Source: a candidate division FCPU426 bacterium (lineage in GTDB: Bacteria > Oederibacteriota > JAAXVQ01 > JAUVAV01). Taken from it: a DNA stretch of 64,000 bases. The stretch's first letter is position 1. The number at the start of each line of letters is the position of its first letter. Location of the stretch: positions 1,212,878 through 1,276,877 of the forward strand of contig JBFLYH010000001.1 of the NCBI GenBank assembly GCA_040756875.1. The letters run 5' to 3'. The notes beneath the pieces were generated by a model that saw nothing but the letters and a program-made list of their open reading frames with translations, was not told where the DNA came from and made no database searches. Position numbers and translations under genes: made by a program. Of the stretch, positions 39,772 to 48,687 are shown in pieces.

Positions 39772-42453
39772 ATGACTTTGCAACCCAAGACCCGCCTGCT
39801 CTGGCGCGGATGGTTTCCGGCCATCGCCGGCCTCTGCCTGCTGGGAGTATTGCCCATGCTGGCCGGCGCCGCCGCGTATTACGTGCGGTCGGACGGCGAT
39901 GACGCCAACACCGGCCTCAGCGACCTCCAGGCGTGGAAAACCACGGACAAAGTAAACAGCTTCACCTTCCAAACCGGAGATGACGTCTATTTCCGCTGCA
40001 ACGACGCCTGGGTGATCTATTGGAGCCCGAATCCGGTCCTAACCGTGGACTGGAACGGCAGCGCGGCCGATCCCGCGGTCATCGGCGCCTATTACCTGGA
40101 TGGCGGAACCGAAGTCCGGGGCGTGCAGGGCAACAAACCCGACTTCGACGGCAACAGCCTGTTTCCGACTTCCGGCGAATATGCCACGCTCATGAACGTC
40201 TCCAACCGCCAGTATGTCACGATCGAAAACCTCCGCATCCGGCGCTCCCTGGCCCGCGGGTTGGGGGTTTTCGATTCGGCCAACATGCAAATCCTGAACG
40301 TGGATACGGAGCACACGTTCAACGAAGGCATCGTTTTGTATCAGGTGACCGACAGCCTGGCCCAGGGCTGCGATATTTCCTTCTCCAGCGAACGGCACCT
40401 GACCTATTACGGCGGCAACTCCGCCGGTTTTTCCCTCAACCAGAACAACCTCCGGGTGGTGCTGCGCCAATGCCGCTTGCACGAGAATTACGGCAACGGC
40501 ATCTTCATTTTCACGCGGAACCAGGACTGCATCGTCGAGAACAACGCCGTATATAATTCCGCCTCGGGCTACAACATCATTCTGGCCAACGGCTCCAGCA
40601 ACTGCGATTTGCGCAACAACCTCGTCTACGGCACCACGGTGACCGCTTTCCTGGACTGGCAGAACAAACCCTCCTCCGGCATCGTGGCCGCAGACTGGGG
40701 CTCGACCTACAAGCTGCAAAACAACCGCTATTACAACAACCTGATCGCCGGCTGCGACACCGGCATTTACATCCAATCCGACACCACCTTGCAGGACACC
40801 TTCGTCTACAACAACACGTTCGTCGACAATTTCACCAACCTGTATCTCGAGGGGCCGTTTGCCAATTGCGCGGTGCGAAACAACATCGTCTGGTGCCTCA
40901 CCACCGGCGGCGCGGACCCTTCCCTGCCCATCAGCCTGAACGCTTATTCCGGCCTGGCCCTGGACCACAATTTCTGGTCGGTTACGCCGACCGCCGCCGC
41001 CCAAGGCGCCGGTGACATCATCGGGGCCTCTCCCAAGCTGAAAAAACCTTCGGGTTGGCGGACCCTGGCCTCCGGCGCGGTGATCCCTGACGACTTCAAC
41101 CTGCAGGCCGACTCGCCGGCCATTGACGCGGCCTGGGACGCCGGCCCAGAATACGCCTTCGACGTGTCCGGAACCGCACGCCCCAAAGGTAAAGCCTGGG
41201 ATCTGGGAGCCTGGGAGAACATCGTGCCCGCCCAAATGCTGCAACTCTCGTGGGTGCCCGTACCGGCGGGACTGCTGTACCTGAACACCCTGGCCAACGT
41301 CGTCGGCCAGTTCAACTGCTTGGCCTTCAACTTCGACCTGCTCCAATCCCTGCGCCTGGAAAACCGCGGAACCGCCCTGGCCGGGCGCGACATTTCCCTC
41401 GTCAAGTTTTGGCGCCAGAACGGCGGAGGGGCGTTCAACCCGGCGGCCGCTTCCCCCCTCGGCGCCTTTGCCCCGGTCGGCCCGCAAACCTGGACCTGGT
41501 CCTCCTCCCCGCCGGGAGTCACCCTCAGCGACAGCGACCGCATCTATTTTACGGTGGATATTCCGGGCACGGCCCAGGGCGGGGCGTCCTGCCAATTCGC
41601 CTTGCCGGCCGAAGCTGCGGTTTTTACCTACAGCCGGCCGTTGGAACTGACCGAACTGGCCAATCCATATAGTCAGGGCATTCAAAGCACGGTGCTGCTC
41701 ACCCTGGACGTCCAGTCAACCGCGCCGGTCAACGCCCTTGTCGGCCAGCCGGAGTTGCCGCTGGGCCGGGTCACCCTGACCAATGTCTCGGGAGAAACCA
41801 AAAGCATCTTTGCGCTGCGGATGACCGGCAGCGACAAACAAGGCGTTCCGCTCCCGTTCGACCGGGTTTTCGACCGTCTCTGGTTGCAGAGCGGCAGCGC
41901 AGAAGTGGCTTCATTGTCCGGCGACCTGCTGGCCATCGGTGTTTTTTCTTTCACCCCCGCCCTGGTTTTCTCCAATCAAGACTCGCTGGTCCTGGAATTG
42001 TGCGGGCAAGTCAAAACCGCGCCAACCGCGGCCGGTTTCCGCCTGGAAATCCCCAACAACCAGTCAATCAACGGCGGTCAGATCCTCGCCGAACCGGTCT
42101 CAAGTAAAACCTTCCCCTTGCCCATCGCGGAAGTCAACCTCCGCCAGCCTTCCCTGGCCGCGGTCTTCAGCGCCTTTCCCAACCCGTTTCACCCCGCGCA
42201 AGAGGCGCTGCGCATCGCCTATTACGTTGAACAGCCCGCGCGCGTCCGCCTCTCCATTTGGACAACCGGCCAGGATTTGGTCAGGGAATTGGCGGACGCC
42301 GAGCAGGAGGCTGGCATTTATGAAACACCGTGGGACGGGAGAAACGGCCGCGCGCAACGGGTAAAAAGCGGCGTGTATCTGCTGCGGATCGAAGTGCGTC
42401 CCGCGCACGGCGGCGTGCAGACCGCAATCCGTAAAATCGCCGTGGCGAACTAA
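39772..42453 (+). CDS. Secreted right-handed beta-helix protein with FlgD/T9SS-like CTD
   Basis: YYVRSDGDDANTG, Asn-rich NN..Y repeats, DFNLQADSPAIDA...DLGAWE, FPNPF...WDGRN...SGVY. Confidence 0.8.
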   Translation: MTLQPKTRLLWRGWFPAIAGLCLLGVLPMLAGAAAYYVRSDGDDANTGLSDLQAWKTTDKVNSFTFQTGDDVYFRCNDAWVIYWSPNPVLTVDWNGSAADPAVIGAYYLDGGTEVRGVQGNKPDFDGNSLFPTSGEYATLMNVSNRQYVTIENLRIRRSLARGLGVFDSANMQILNVDTEHTFNEGIVLYQVTDSLAQGCDISFSSERHLTYYGGNSAGFSLNQNNLRVVLRQCRLHENYGNGIFIFTRNQDCIVENNAVYNSASGYNIILANGSSNCDLRNNLVYGTTVTAFLDWQNKPSSGIVAADWGSTYKLQNNRYYNNLIAGCDTGIYIQSDTTLQDTFVYNNTFVDNFTNLYLEGPFANCAVRNNIVWCLTTGGADPSLPISLNAYSGLALDHNFWSVTPTAAAQGAGDIIGASPKLKKPSGWRTLASGAVIPDDFNLQADSPAIDAAWDAGPEYAFDVSGTARPKGKAWDLGAWENIVPAQMLQLSWVPVPAGLLYLNTLANVVGQFNCLAFNFDLLQSLRLENRGTALAGRDISLVKFWRQNGGGAFNPAAASPLGAFAPVGPQTWTWSSSPPGVTLSDSDRIYFTVDIPGTAQGGASCQFALPAEAAVFTYSRPLELTELANPYSQGIQSTVLLTLDVQSTAPVNALVGQPELPLGRVTLTNVSGETKSIFALRMTGSDKQGVPLPFDRVFDRLWLQSGSAEVASLSGDLLAIGVFSFTPALVFSNQDSLVLELCGQVKTAPTAAGFRLEIPNNQSINGGQILAEPVSSKTFPLPIAEVNLRQPSLAAVFSAFPNPFHPAQEALRIAYYVEQPARVRLSIWTTGQDLVRELADAEQEAGIYETPWDGRNGRAQRVKSGVYLLRIEVRPAHGGVQTAIRKIAVAN

Positions 42454-42496
42454 CCCTCCTGATCGCCTGTTCGACCCTAGTCTTACGCTCCCCTTA

Positions 42497-42946
42497 TTAG
42501 TGCCCGTCCGCCGTCCGGGTCGGCGTAGCCGTGGGCGTGGGGACTTTTTCCCGCTTCCCTGTTGGCCAGCCCCACATAGTCAGCGTGGAGCCGGCGGCAG
42601 GCTCAAAAGGAAACCAGGCCGTGCCGGTCGGCCCCAGGGGCCAGCCCCATACTTCCAGCGTGGACCCTGCGGCAGGCTCGAAGGGAGCCCAGGCCGTGCC
42701 GGTCGGTCCCAGCAGCCAGCCCCAGGCCTCCAGCGTGGAACCCGCGGCAGGCTCAAAGGGAACCCAGGCCGTGCCAGTCGGGCCCAACGGCCAGCCCCAG
42801 ACTGTCAACGTTGAACCGGTTGGCGCGGGCAAGCCGGGCGTAGAAACCGGAGGCTGGGGCGGCTGCTTTTGTTCCTGACAGCCCGCGCCGGCCAGAACCA
42901 GCAGCAACCCGACTATCGCCCAAAACCGTGGATAGGATCCGCTCAT
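42497..42946 (-). CDS. Putative lipoprotein built from 25-aa Trp/Pro/Gly tandem repeats
   Basis: LAGAGC lipobox-like signal; GSTL..WGW.LGPTGTAW.PFEPAA three times plus a partial copy. Confidence 0.55.
   Translation of the reverse strand: MSGSYPRFWAIVGLLLVLAGAGCQEQKQPPQPPVSTPGLPAPTGSTLTVWGWPLGPTGTAWVPFEPAAGSTLEAWGWLLGPTGTAWAPFEPAAGSTLEVWGWPLGPTGTAWFPFEPAAGSTLTMWGWPTGKREKVPTPTATPTRTADGH
42564..42820. repeat. 75-bp coding tandem repeat (about 3.4 copies)
   Basis: CAGCGTGGA/CAACGTTGA anchors at 42581, 42656, 42731 and 42806. Confidence 0.85.
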
Positions 42947-42948
42947 GG

Positions 42949-43365
42949 CTACTCGCAGCGCACGCGGACGGTTTCCTGGCCGCCATCCACGTCCACGGTC
43001 AATTCTTCCATCGCGTCGATGATCTCCTGCAGGTTTTCCGGCTTTAGGCTGTCCACGTCGAACTTCATGCCTTGCTCGCTTAATGCCTGGTTGATCTTGT
43101 CCTTGGCCACCACGGGGATCAGCGAAGCCAGCTTGACCCCGGCCCGCAGCATTTGCAGCGGCACCCGAACGTTGACATTGACCGGTTTGCCGTTTTCATC
43201 CTTGCTGCCGTTCACCGTGACCACCAGGTATTTCAGGTTCCGTTTCCCCGTTCCCGACGGCGCCGCGTCGTTCCCGCCCAGCGCGGCCAAAAGGCGTTCC
43301 GCTTCGGGCACGGTCACCTTGCCGTTCGCGAGCATTTCCAAAATTTTCCTGGTTTCTTCGGACAT
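42949..43365 (-). CDS. SHOCT-like domain protein of DUF2089 operons
   Basis: MSEETRKILEMLANGKVTVPEAERLL, VNVRVPL. Confidence 0.8.
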   Translation of the reverse strand: MSEETRKILEMLANGKVTVPEAERLLAALGGNDAAPSGTGKRNLKYLVVTVNGSKDENGKPVNVNVRVPLQMLRAGVKLASLIPVVAKDKINQALSEQGMKFDVDSLKPENLQEIIDAMEELTVDVDGGQETVRVRCE

Positions 43366-43376
43366 GTTCTCGCCTC

Positions 43377-43646
43377 CTAAATAAGTTTGATGGAAATATC
43401 ATTCAAGCCGTCCTGCACTTTGACGGTCAACCCACGCAGCGAGCAAAAAAGTTCATAAACGAGAACGGGCGCGGCCAGGATGGCCCTGCCTGCCGGGAAC
43501 CAGACCAGGAACAAGCCGGCCAGAAGCCAAAAAGGCAACACCAGCAAAACCAGGAGCAGCAACAGGGGCCAGAGCAGGAAAAAAGGCAGCCACCAGCCCC
43601 AGCGCTGCGGATGGAATTTCAGATAGCAGAACGAAGGGGGGATCAT
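43377..43646 (-). CDS. Small membrane protein
   Basis: WLPFFLLWPLL hydrophobic stretch, RGLTVKV; ATGA overlap with the DUF2089 gene. Confidence 0.7.
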   Translation of the reverse strand: MIPPSFCYLKFHPQRWGWWLPFFLLWPLLLLLVLLVLPFWLLAGLFLVWFPAGRAILAAPVLVYELFCSLRGLTVKVQDGLNDISIKLI

Positions 43647-44011
43647 GGCTTCAGCCTTTCCACCGCCTCATCCACCGTGATTTCGCCTTTTTCCAACTGC
43701 GCCAGCACTTCGCCGCGGTCAGACTGGGCGTTGACGTGGACAAAGTCGAATTGCCGGCCCAAACGGTTGAGACGGTTCTTTATGGTTGGATAACTGACGC
43801 CAAACATCTGTTCCATTTGCTTAATGGACCCGTGGGTCTTCACGAAGGTGGCGATGAAAATCTGATCCTCCATGGGTAGCTTGGCCATGGGCGGCAATTC
43901 GAAGCTGCCTTCAATGGCAATCCCCTTTTTAACCAATCTGACACGCTCAATCACCAGCTCTTCCTGCTGGGTTAAAACCGTTAAATCTTGCCAGGTATTT
44001 TTAGCGACCAT
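43643..44011 (-). CDS. DUF2089-family HTH protein
   Basis: IEGSFEL, F..TFVKTHGSIKQMEQMFGVSYPTIKNRL, GEITVDEA; start at ATG 44011 behind GGAGG. Confidence 0.85.
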   Translation of the reverse strand: MVAKNTWQDLTVLTQQEELVIERVRLVKKGIAIEGSFELPPMAKLPMEDQIFIATFVKTHGSIKQMEQMFGVSYPTIKNRLNRLGRQFDFVHVNAQSDRGEVLAQLEKGEITVDEAVERLKP

Positions 44012-44024
44012 GATCGCCTCCAAC

Positions 44025-44148
44025 ATTAATTAATTTAATTAATTTATAGCATATTAATTTACTATGTCAATAGTAATATTAATTTTATTAATTTTTATAT
44101 TTATTATTATTAATTTTGTTAATTAATAATAATAATCTTAATTTTAAA
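44025..44148 (-). promoter_or_regulatory. Extremely AT-rich promoter/operator region of the DUF2089 operon
   Basis: Only 8 G/C in 124 nt; TTGACA (44070-44065), N16, TATAAA (44048-44043) preceded by TG; about 8 ATTAAT palindromes. Confidence 0.65.
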
Positions 44149-44244
44149 GGATTTTATAGATAACGAGACTGTTGCGCACTGGTGAGTGGATCAGAAAAGC
44201 CCCCCCAGGTTTGATCCCAGGGAGGCTTATTCCGGAAAGAGTGG

Positions 44245-44277
44245 AGGTATCCCCCGGACTGAAGTCCGGGGATACCT
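44245..44277. terminator. Strong hairpin downstream of the MCP gene (terminator or REP-like)
   Basis: AGGTATCCC(C)CGGAC-TGAA-GTCCGGGGATACCT, 14 bp with one bulge. Confidence 0.55.
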
Positions 44278-44286
44278 GCGGAGGGA

Positions 44287-45897
44287 TTAGAACTCCGATA
44301 ACTCTTTATCGCGTTCCTTATCCAGTTCCCCGTTCCTGCCACCCCGCGTCCCGTGAGCAGTTTCATAGGAAGTGGCAAAAACAGCCGAAGCTCTGGAACT
44401 CAAACCCGCACGGTTCTGCAACCCGCTCCGGAAACCCGAAACAGGCTGCCCGGTCTCTTCTGCCTGGCTGCCGCCGACGATCTCCTGCAGCTCCCTGACC
44501 ATGTGGTTCAATTCCGTGGCCTGCGAGCTGAGCTCCTCCGAAGCCGAGGCGGATTCTTCCGCATTGGCCGCGTTCGACTGCGCCACCTTGTCGGTTTGCA
44601 TCATGGCATTGCTCAACTGCTCGAGATCGCTGTTCTGCGCCACGCTTCCCTGCGACACATCGGCTGCCAGCTTGTCCGCAGAGGAAGCCACCTGGCTGAT
44701 TTCCTTCAGAAACGTCGACACTTCCTGGCTGATGACCACCCCGTTTTCCGCGTTTTTCACTGCGGCTTCGATCATGCCGTTGGTGTTCTTGGCGGCGGCT
44801 GCGCTCCGTTGCGCCAGGCTGCGCACTTCCTCCGCCACCACGGCGAAGCCCTTGCCCGCCTCGCCCGCCCTGGCCGCTTCCACCGCCGCGTTCAGCGCCA
44901 GCAAATTGGTCTGGAAAGCGATTTCATCGATGGTCTTCACGATCTTGTACGTTTCATCCGAGGATTTTTTAATGTTGTTGATGGCGCCGACCATCTTGGC
45001 CATGGCGTCGCTGCCCTGGGCGGAAACCAGCTTGGCTTTCTCGGCCAGTTTTTTCGTTTCCGCGGCATTGGCGGTGTTCTTCTTGGTGGCGGCCACCAAA
45101 TTGTCGAAATTGTTCTTCACCTCGCCCACAACCGAGGCCTGCTCGCTGGCTCCTTCGGCCAGGGACTGGCTGGAGGAGGAAACCTGCCCGGCTGCCGAAG
45201 AGGTCTGGTCCGCGCCCGCCTTCAGGCCGCCGATGATCCGGTTAATGGGCCGGATAATGGCTTCGGAGATCAGCATGAAAAGGGCAAAGCCGGCGATACC
45301 GGCAAAGAGAGAGACAGCCACAATCCATCCGCGCGTTTGCGAGGAAGCCTGGTGCATTCGTTGGTCGGAAGTTTGTTTGCTGTTCTTGGCCATCTCCACG
45401 ATTTGCCCCAGCAGTTTTCTAACTTGGTCCAGCGCCGGCAGGGTCTGCGAGTGATAGATCTCCAATACGTGCTGGGAACCCCCGCTCTCATGGACCGCCT
45501 TGCCGATTTGAATGGCTGATTCATGCAAGTGATTATGCGGCCCTTCGATCTCCGCGAACGCATTCTTCAACTCCGGCAGCATTTCCACCGCCTGTTTCAT
45601 GCCGTCGCCGTAATACCATTTGCCGAAGGCGCACTGGTGCGGATCGGTCTGCACCGTGATTTCGCCGGTCTGTTGCTCGGCAATGTAATTCGACAGCTTG
45701 TTGGCCCAACCGAGGTGATCAATTTCGCGGCCCATCATTTCCTGAACCAAATATCCAAAAGAATTGGCTTTTGCCGTCTGTCCGATCACGCGGCTCAATC
45801 CCCAGAAACTGATACCCGCCACCACGACCAGCAAGCCCATGAGCGTCAAGAATTGAGTCCCTAATTTTTGTCGCAATGTCAGTTTCACGATATCCAC
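44287..45897 (-). CDS. Methyl-accepting chemotaxis protein with CZB domain
   Basis: TM1; CZB ([21 protein letters not shown]); TM2; [34 protein letters not shown]. Confidence 0.93.
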   Translation of the reverse strand: MDIVKLTLRQKLGTQFLTLMGLLVVVAGISFWGLSRVIGQTAKANSFGYLVQEMMGREIDHLGWANKLSNYIAEQQTGEITVQTDPHQCAFGKWYYGDGMKQAVEMLPELKNAFAEIEGPHNHLHESAIQIGKAVHESGGSQHVLEIYHSQTLPALDQVRKLLGQIVEMAKNSKQTSDQRMHQASSQTRGWIVAVSLFAGIAGFALFMLISEAIIRPINRIIGGLKAGADQTSSAAGQVSSSSQSLAEGASEQASVVGEVKNNFDNLVAATKKNTANAAETKKLAEKAKLVSAQGSDAMAKMVGAINNIKKSSDETYKIVKTIDEIAFQTNLLALNAAVEAARAGEAGKGFAVVAEEVRSLAQRSAAAAKNTNGMIEAAVKNAENGVVISQEVSTFLKEISQVASSADKLAADVSQGSVAQNSDLEQLSNAMMQTDKVAQSNAANAEESASASEELSSQATELNHMVRELQEIVGGSQAEETGQPVSGFRSGLQNRAGLSSRASAVFATSYETAHGTRGGRNGELDKERDKELSEF

Positions 45898-46023
45898 CTC
45901 GAGATAGTATTAGTTCCTCTTTTCTCACTATCGGACTGTCTGGGCTGTTTCTTTAGGCACAGGCATCGGAAATAACTTTTATATTTTACAGGTTTTTCCA
46001 GGTATCGAACCACGTTATTAATA

Positions 46024-46212
46024 TGAAACCTCTGAAAAAGGTTTTTTATCTTCTGGTTTTAACTGGGGTGTTCGAGGTATCAATGAGAAAGCGTTTGCGA
46101 AAAGGACTGTTATTCCTACCTTTTCGCAAGCCGAGGCCGCCCTCCACATGGCGGCCGTCTTTCGAAGTGATACCTCGAATACCCCAGGCACCAGACTTTT
46201 TCAGAGGTTTCA
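46024..46212 (+). ncRNA. Candidate structured ncRNA or MITE-like element (189 nt, nested stems with a Y-shaped apex)
   Basis: Stems: 46024-40/46196-212 (17 bp perfect), 46052-57/46190-95, 46063-82/46168-87 (19 of 20 plus one G-U on + strand), apical hairpins 46095-105/46119-129 and 46135-141/46150-156. Confidence 0.55.
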
Positions 46213-46319
46213 ATATGAAATAAGTATCAATATACTTCCCGGCAAAGCTAAAAAAAGTGACCATGAAGTCGCATGATTTTCATCTGGAACAGTCTTTAAG
46301 ACAGGGATAAAATGGTGTA

Positions 46320-48539
46320 ATGACATCGATGAAGGCCAGCTCCTGCCAGTTGCTGTTTCCAGCACCCGCCTCCCGCTGTTTTCGGGTACTGTTTTTTCTG
46401 CTTATTATTGCCTGCTTTTTTCCTTTTTCCCCGGCCCTGGCCTTGTCTCCCAACCGCGTGCTGGTGGCCTACAACGCCAATTGGACCGGCGACCAGGACA
46501 GCAACGGGGTCCAGGATTCCCGTCAAATCGCCGAATACTACCTGCTCAAGCGCGGCATTCCGGCTGCCAACTGCATCGGTCTGGCCATCAGCGTCAGCAC
46601 CTATTATTATTACACCGGCCAATACCCCAATTTCCAGGCTGACATGGTCCAGCCCCTGCAAGCCAAACTGGCCAGTCTGGGCCCTTCCAACATCGACGCT
46701 ATTGTCCTGATTTACGGCCTGCCCTACACGGTCCAGGACGCTGCGGGCGACAGCGTGAGCGTCGACAATGTGCTGATGGGATTGAACTACTGGAACCCGA
46801 CCACGGACAACATCAACTGGTATTCCAACCCTTACCTTGAGGTCGCGCCGACATTCGGGGCGGACAAAGGCCATTTCGACCATACGACCTATAAATTCCT
46901 CGGCACCGAGATGTATCTGGTCACCCGGCTGGACGGGCCGCGCGGCGTGAGAGGCGGCCTGGAACTGGTGGACCAGGCGCTCTACGGCGACCGGTACATC
47001 GCGGCAACCGCCGGTTATTACCAGGGCAGCGCCTACGTGGACAGCCGTTACGGCCAGGGCGGCGGCTCCACCCGCTTTACTGACGCTTATCTGGCCGGGC
47101 TGACGAGCGTGCAGACCGGCTCCTACGGCACGTACTACGAAGCGGACACCAATATGGCTTTTGCGGAAAACTACGTCTCCGCCTCGGGGCTGAATTTGCG
47201 CTGGGAAAACACGACCGGAAGCTACGAAATCGGCGAAGCGCTGGCCGAGTACCAGGATTCCACGCCTGCGACCGTAGCGGCCCGCGCCTTGCTGTACGGC
47301 GGCTGGTACAATTACGGCCGTTATCTCGATGTCTGGGAATGGCTGCCCGGCGCCGTGGCCTGCGACCTTAACAGCAATTCCCTGAGCGACCTGCGCTCAG
47401 CCGGGGCCAATGCCTTCGGCACGCAGGCCCTGCGCAAAGGCGCCACGGCCGTGTGCGGAGTGACCGGCGAACCTTATCTCACCGGCCATCCCCGCCCCAA
47501 CGTCCTTCTTTATTACATGCTCGCCGGCTATAGCTTCGCCGAAGCTGCGGCATTGTGCACGCCTAGTATTGGCTGGCGCCCCATCAACGTGGGCGACGCT
47601 ATTTACGCGCCCTTTGCGGCCAAAACCCCTGTGGTTGACACCCAGCTGCCCGCTTTGGAAGGCGGCGCGGCCCAGATCAGCTTCTCCGTGACCGGCAATC
47701 CGACGCTCGCCCTGGTCGTGGCCGATTCCCCGGAACCGGACCTGGCCCGGGTGCGCATCGAGTACGGCCTGACCGCGGCCTACGGAATGAGCCAGGATTC
47801 GGACCCTGGCTTCTGGCGGCGCCACGCTTTCACGCTGGAAGGGCTTGCATCCTCCCAAACGTACCATTACCGGTTCAGGCTCGAAGACCCGGCAGGCAAT
47901 GTCGTCTACACTCCGGATGCCACTTTCACCACCGGCATCGTGCTCACGCCCACCTCCACCCGGACCGCGACGCCGACACGCACCCATACGCCCACTGCCA
48001 CGGTCACGCCGTACCTCAGCCCGACCATGACCCCGACCGCCACGGTATTCCTGTCAGCCACCTCCAGTCCCACGGCCACGGTCTCGCGGACCTTCACCGG
48101 AACAGCGACCATCACCCTGACCCGGACCGTCACGCCGACCCGTTCGGCCACGCCCACCATTACACCCACTCCGACGATCACACCCACGGCCACGATCACG
48201 CCCACCCGCACGGCCACGCCCTCTGTCACGCCCACAGCCACGGCCACACCGACCAATCCCCTGGCCTTGATCGACCTGCGCGGACGGCCGGCGCTGGTTT
48301 ATCCCAATCCGGCCAGGGACGAGGTGCGGTTCCTGCTGCACGCGGACAGGGCCGCGGCGGTGAAAATATCGATCTACAATCTCGCGGGCGAACGGGCGGC
48401 TGTCTTGGAGCAAACCATTAGCGGCCGGGGGCAGGTCGTGGTCTGGCCGTGCAGCCATGCGGCTTCGGGGATCTATTTCGCCATTATCGAAGTGGACGGC
48501 CGGCGGCAGGCAGCCTTGAAATTCGCCATTGCTCCCTAG
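46320..48539 (+). CDS. TIGR03790-like protein with FN3-like domain, Thr/Pro linker and T9SS-like CTD
   Basis: VLVAYN...S..IAEYY...RGIP, YLVTRLDG, YGGWY, W.PGAV, G.TGEPYL, GYSFAEA; YPNPA...YNLAGE...SGIY. Confidence 0.78.
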   Translation: MTSMKASSCQLLFPAPASRCFRVLFFLLIIACFFPFSPALALSPNRVLVAYNANWTGDQDSNGVQDSRQIAEYYLLKRGIPAANCIGLAISVSTYYYYTGQYPNFQADMVQPLQAKLASLGPSNIDAIVLIYGLPYTVQDAAGDSVSVDNVLMGLNYWNPTTDNINWYSNPYLEVAPTFGADKGHFDHTTYKFLGTEMYLVTRLDGPRGVRGGLELVDQALYGDRYIAATAGYYQGSAYVDSRYGQGGGSTRFTDAYLAGLTSVQTGSYGTYYEADTNMAFAENYVSASGLNLRWENTTGSYEIGEALAEYQDSTPATVAARALLYGGWYNYGRYLDVWEWLPGAVACDLNSNSLSDLRSAGANAFGTQALRKGATAVCGVTGEPYLTGHPRPNVLLYYMLAGYSFAEAAALCTPSIGWRPINVGDAIYAPFAAKTPVVDTQLPALEGGAAQISFSVTGNPTLALVVADSPEPDLARVRIEYGLTAAYGMSQDSDPGFWRRHAFTLEGLASSQTYHYRFRLEDPAGNVVYTPDATFTTGIVLTPTSTRTATPTRTHTPTATVTPYLSPTMTPTATVFLSATSSPTATVSRTFTGTATITLTRTVTPTRSATPTITPTPTITPTATITPTRTATPSVTPTATATPTNPLALIDLRGRPALVYPNPARDEVRFLLHADRAAAVKISIYNLAGERAAVLEQTISGRGQVVVWPCSHAASGIYFAIIEVDGRRQAALKFAIAP

Positions 48540-48687
48540 CCGGCTTGAAAAGGCTTATTTTTCCGCCCGGAGGAGCCCATTCCCAGCTTGCAGGATAACC
48601 GTTTGCTTTAGGCGTATTCATGGGATAAAGTTAATAAAAGAAGGTTCCTGCCTGTCGCATTCTGCGATGGAAAGCGGCGAATAATAC

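Noticed and set aside
42564-42820. CRISPR array
   Set aside because: The 75-bp units are contiguous, in frame and lack unique spacers; no cas genes in the window.
2915-45519. Long antisense or alternate-frame ORFs (e.g. 2915-4390, 4953-6665, 11049-12929, 16664-18409, 19996-21162, 25471-27291, 40039-41685, 44353-45519)
   Set aside because: They overlap well-supported genes, have no recognisable motifs and are expected from high-GC codon bias.
46046-46264. 72-aa ORF across the structured element
   Set aside because: No recognisable motif or RBS; the nested base-pairing explains the sequence better.
45900-46300. c-di-GMP riboswitch upstream of the MCP gene
   Set aside because: No GEMM consensus (GGCAAA...GAAA...GACGCAAAG) recognised on either strand.
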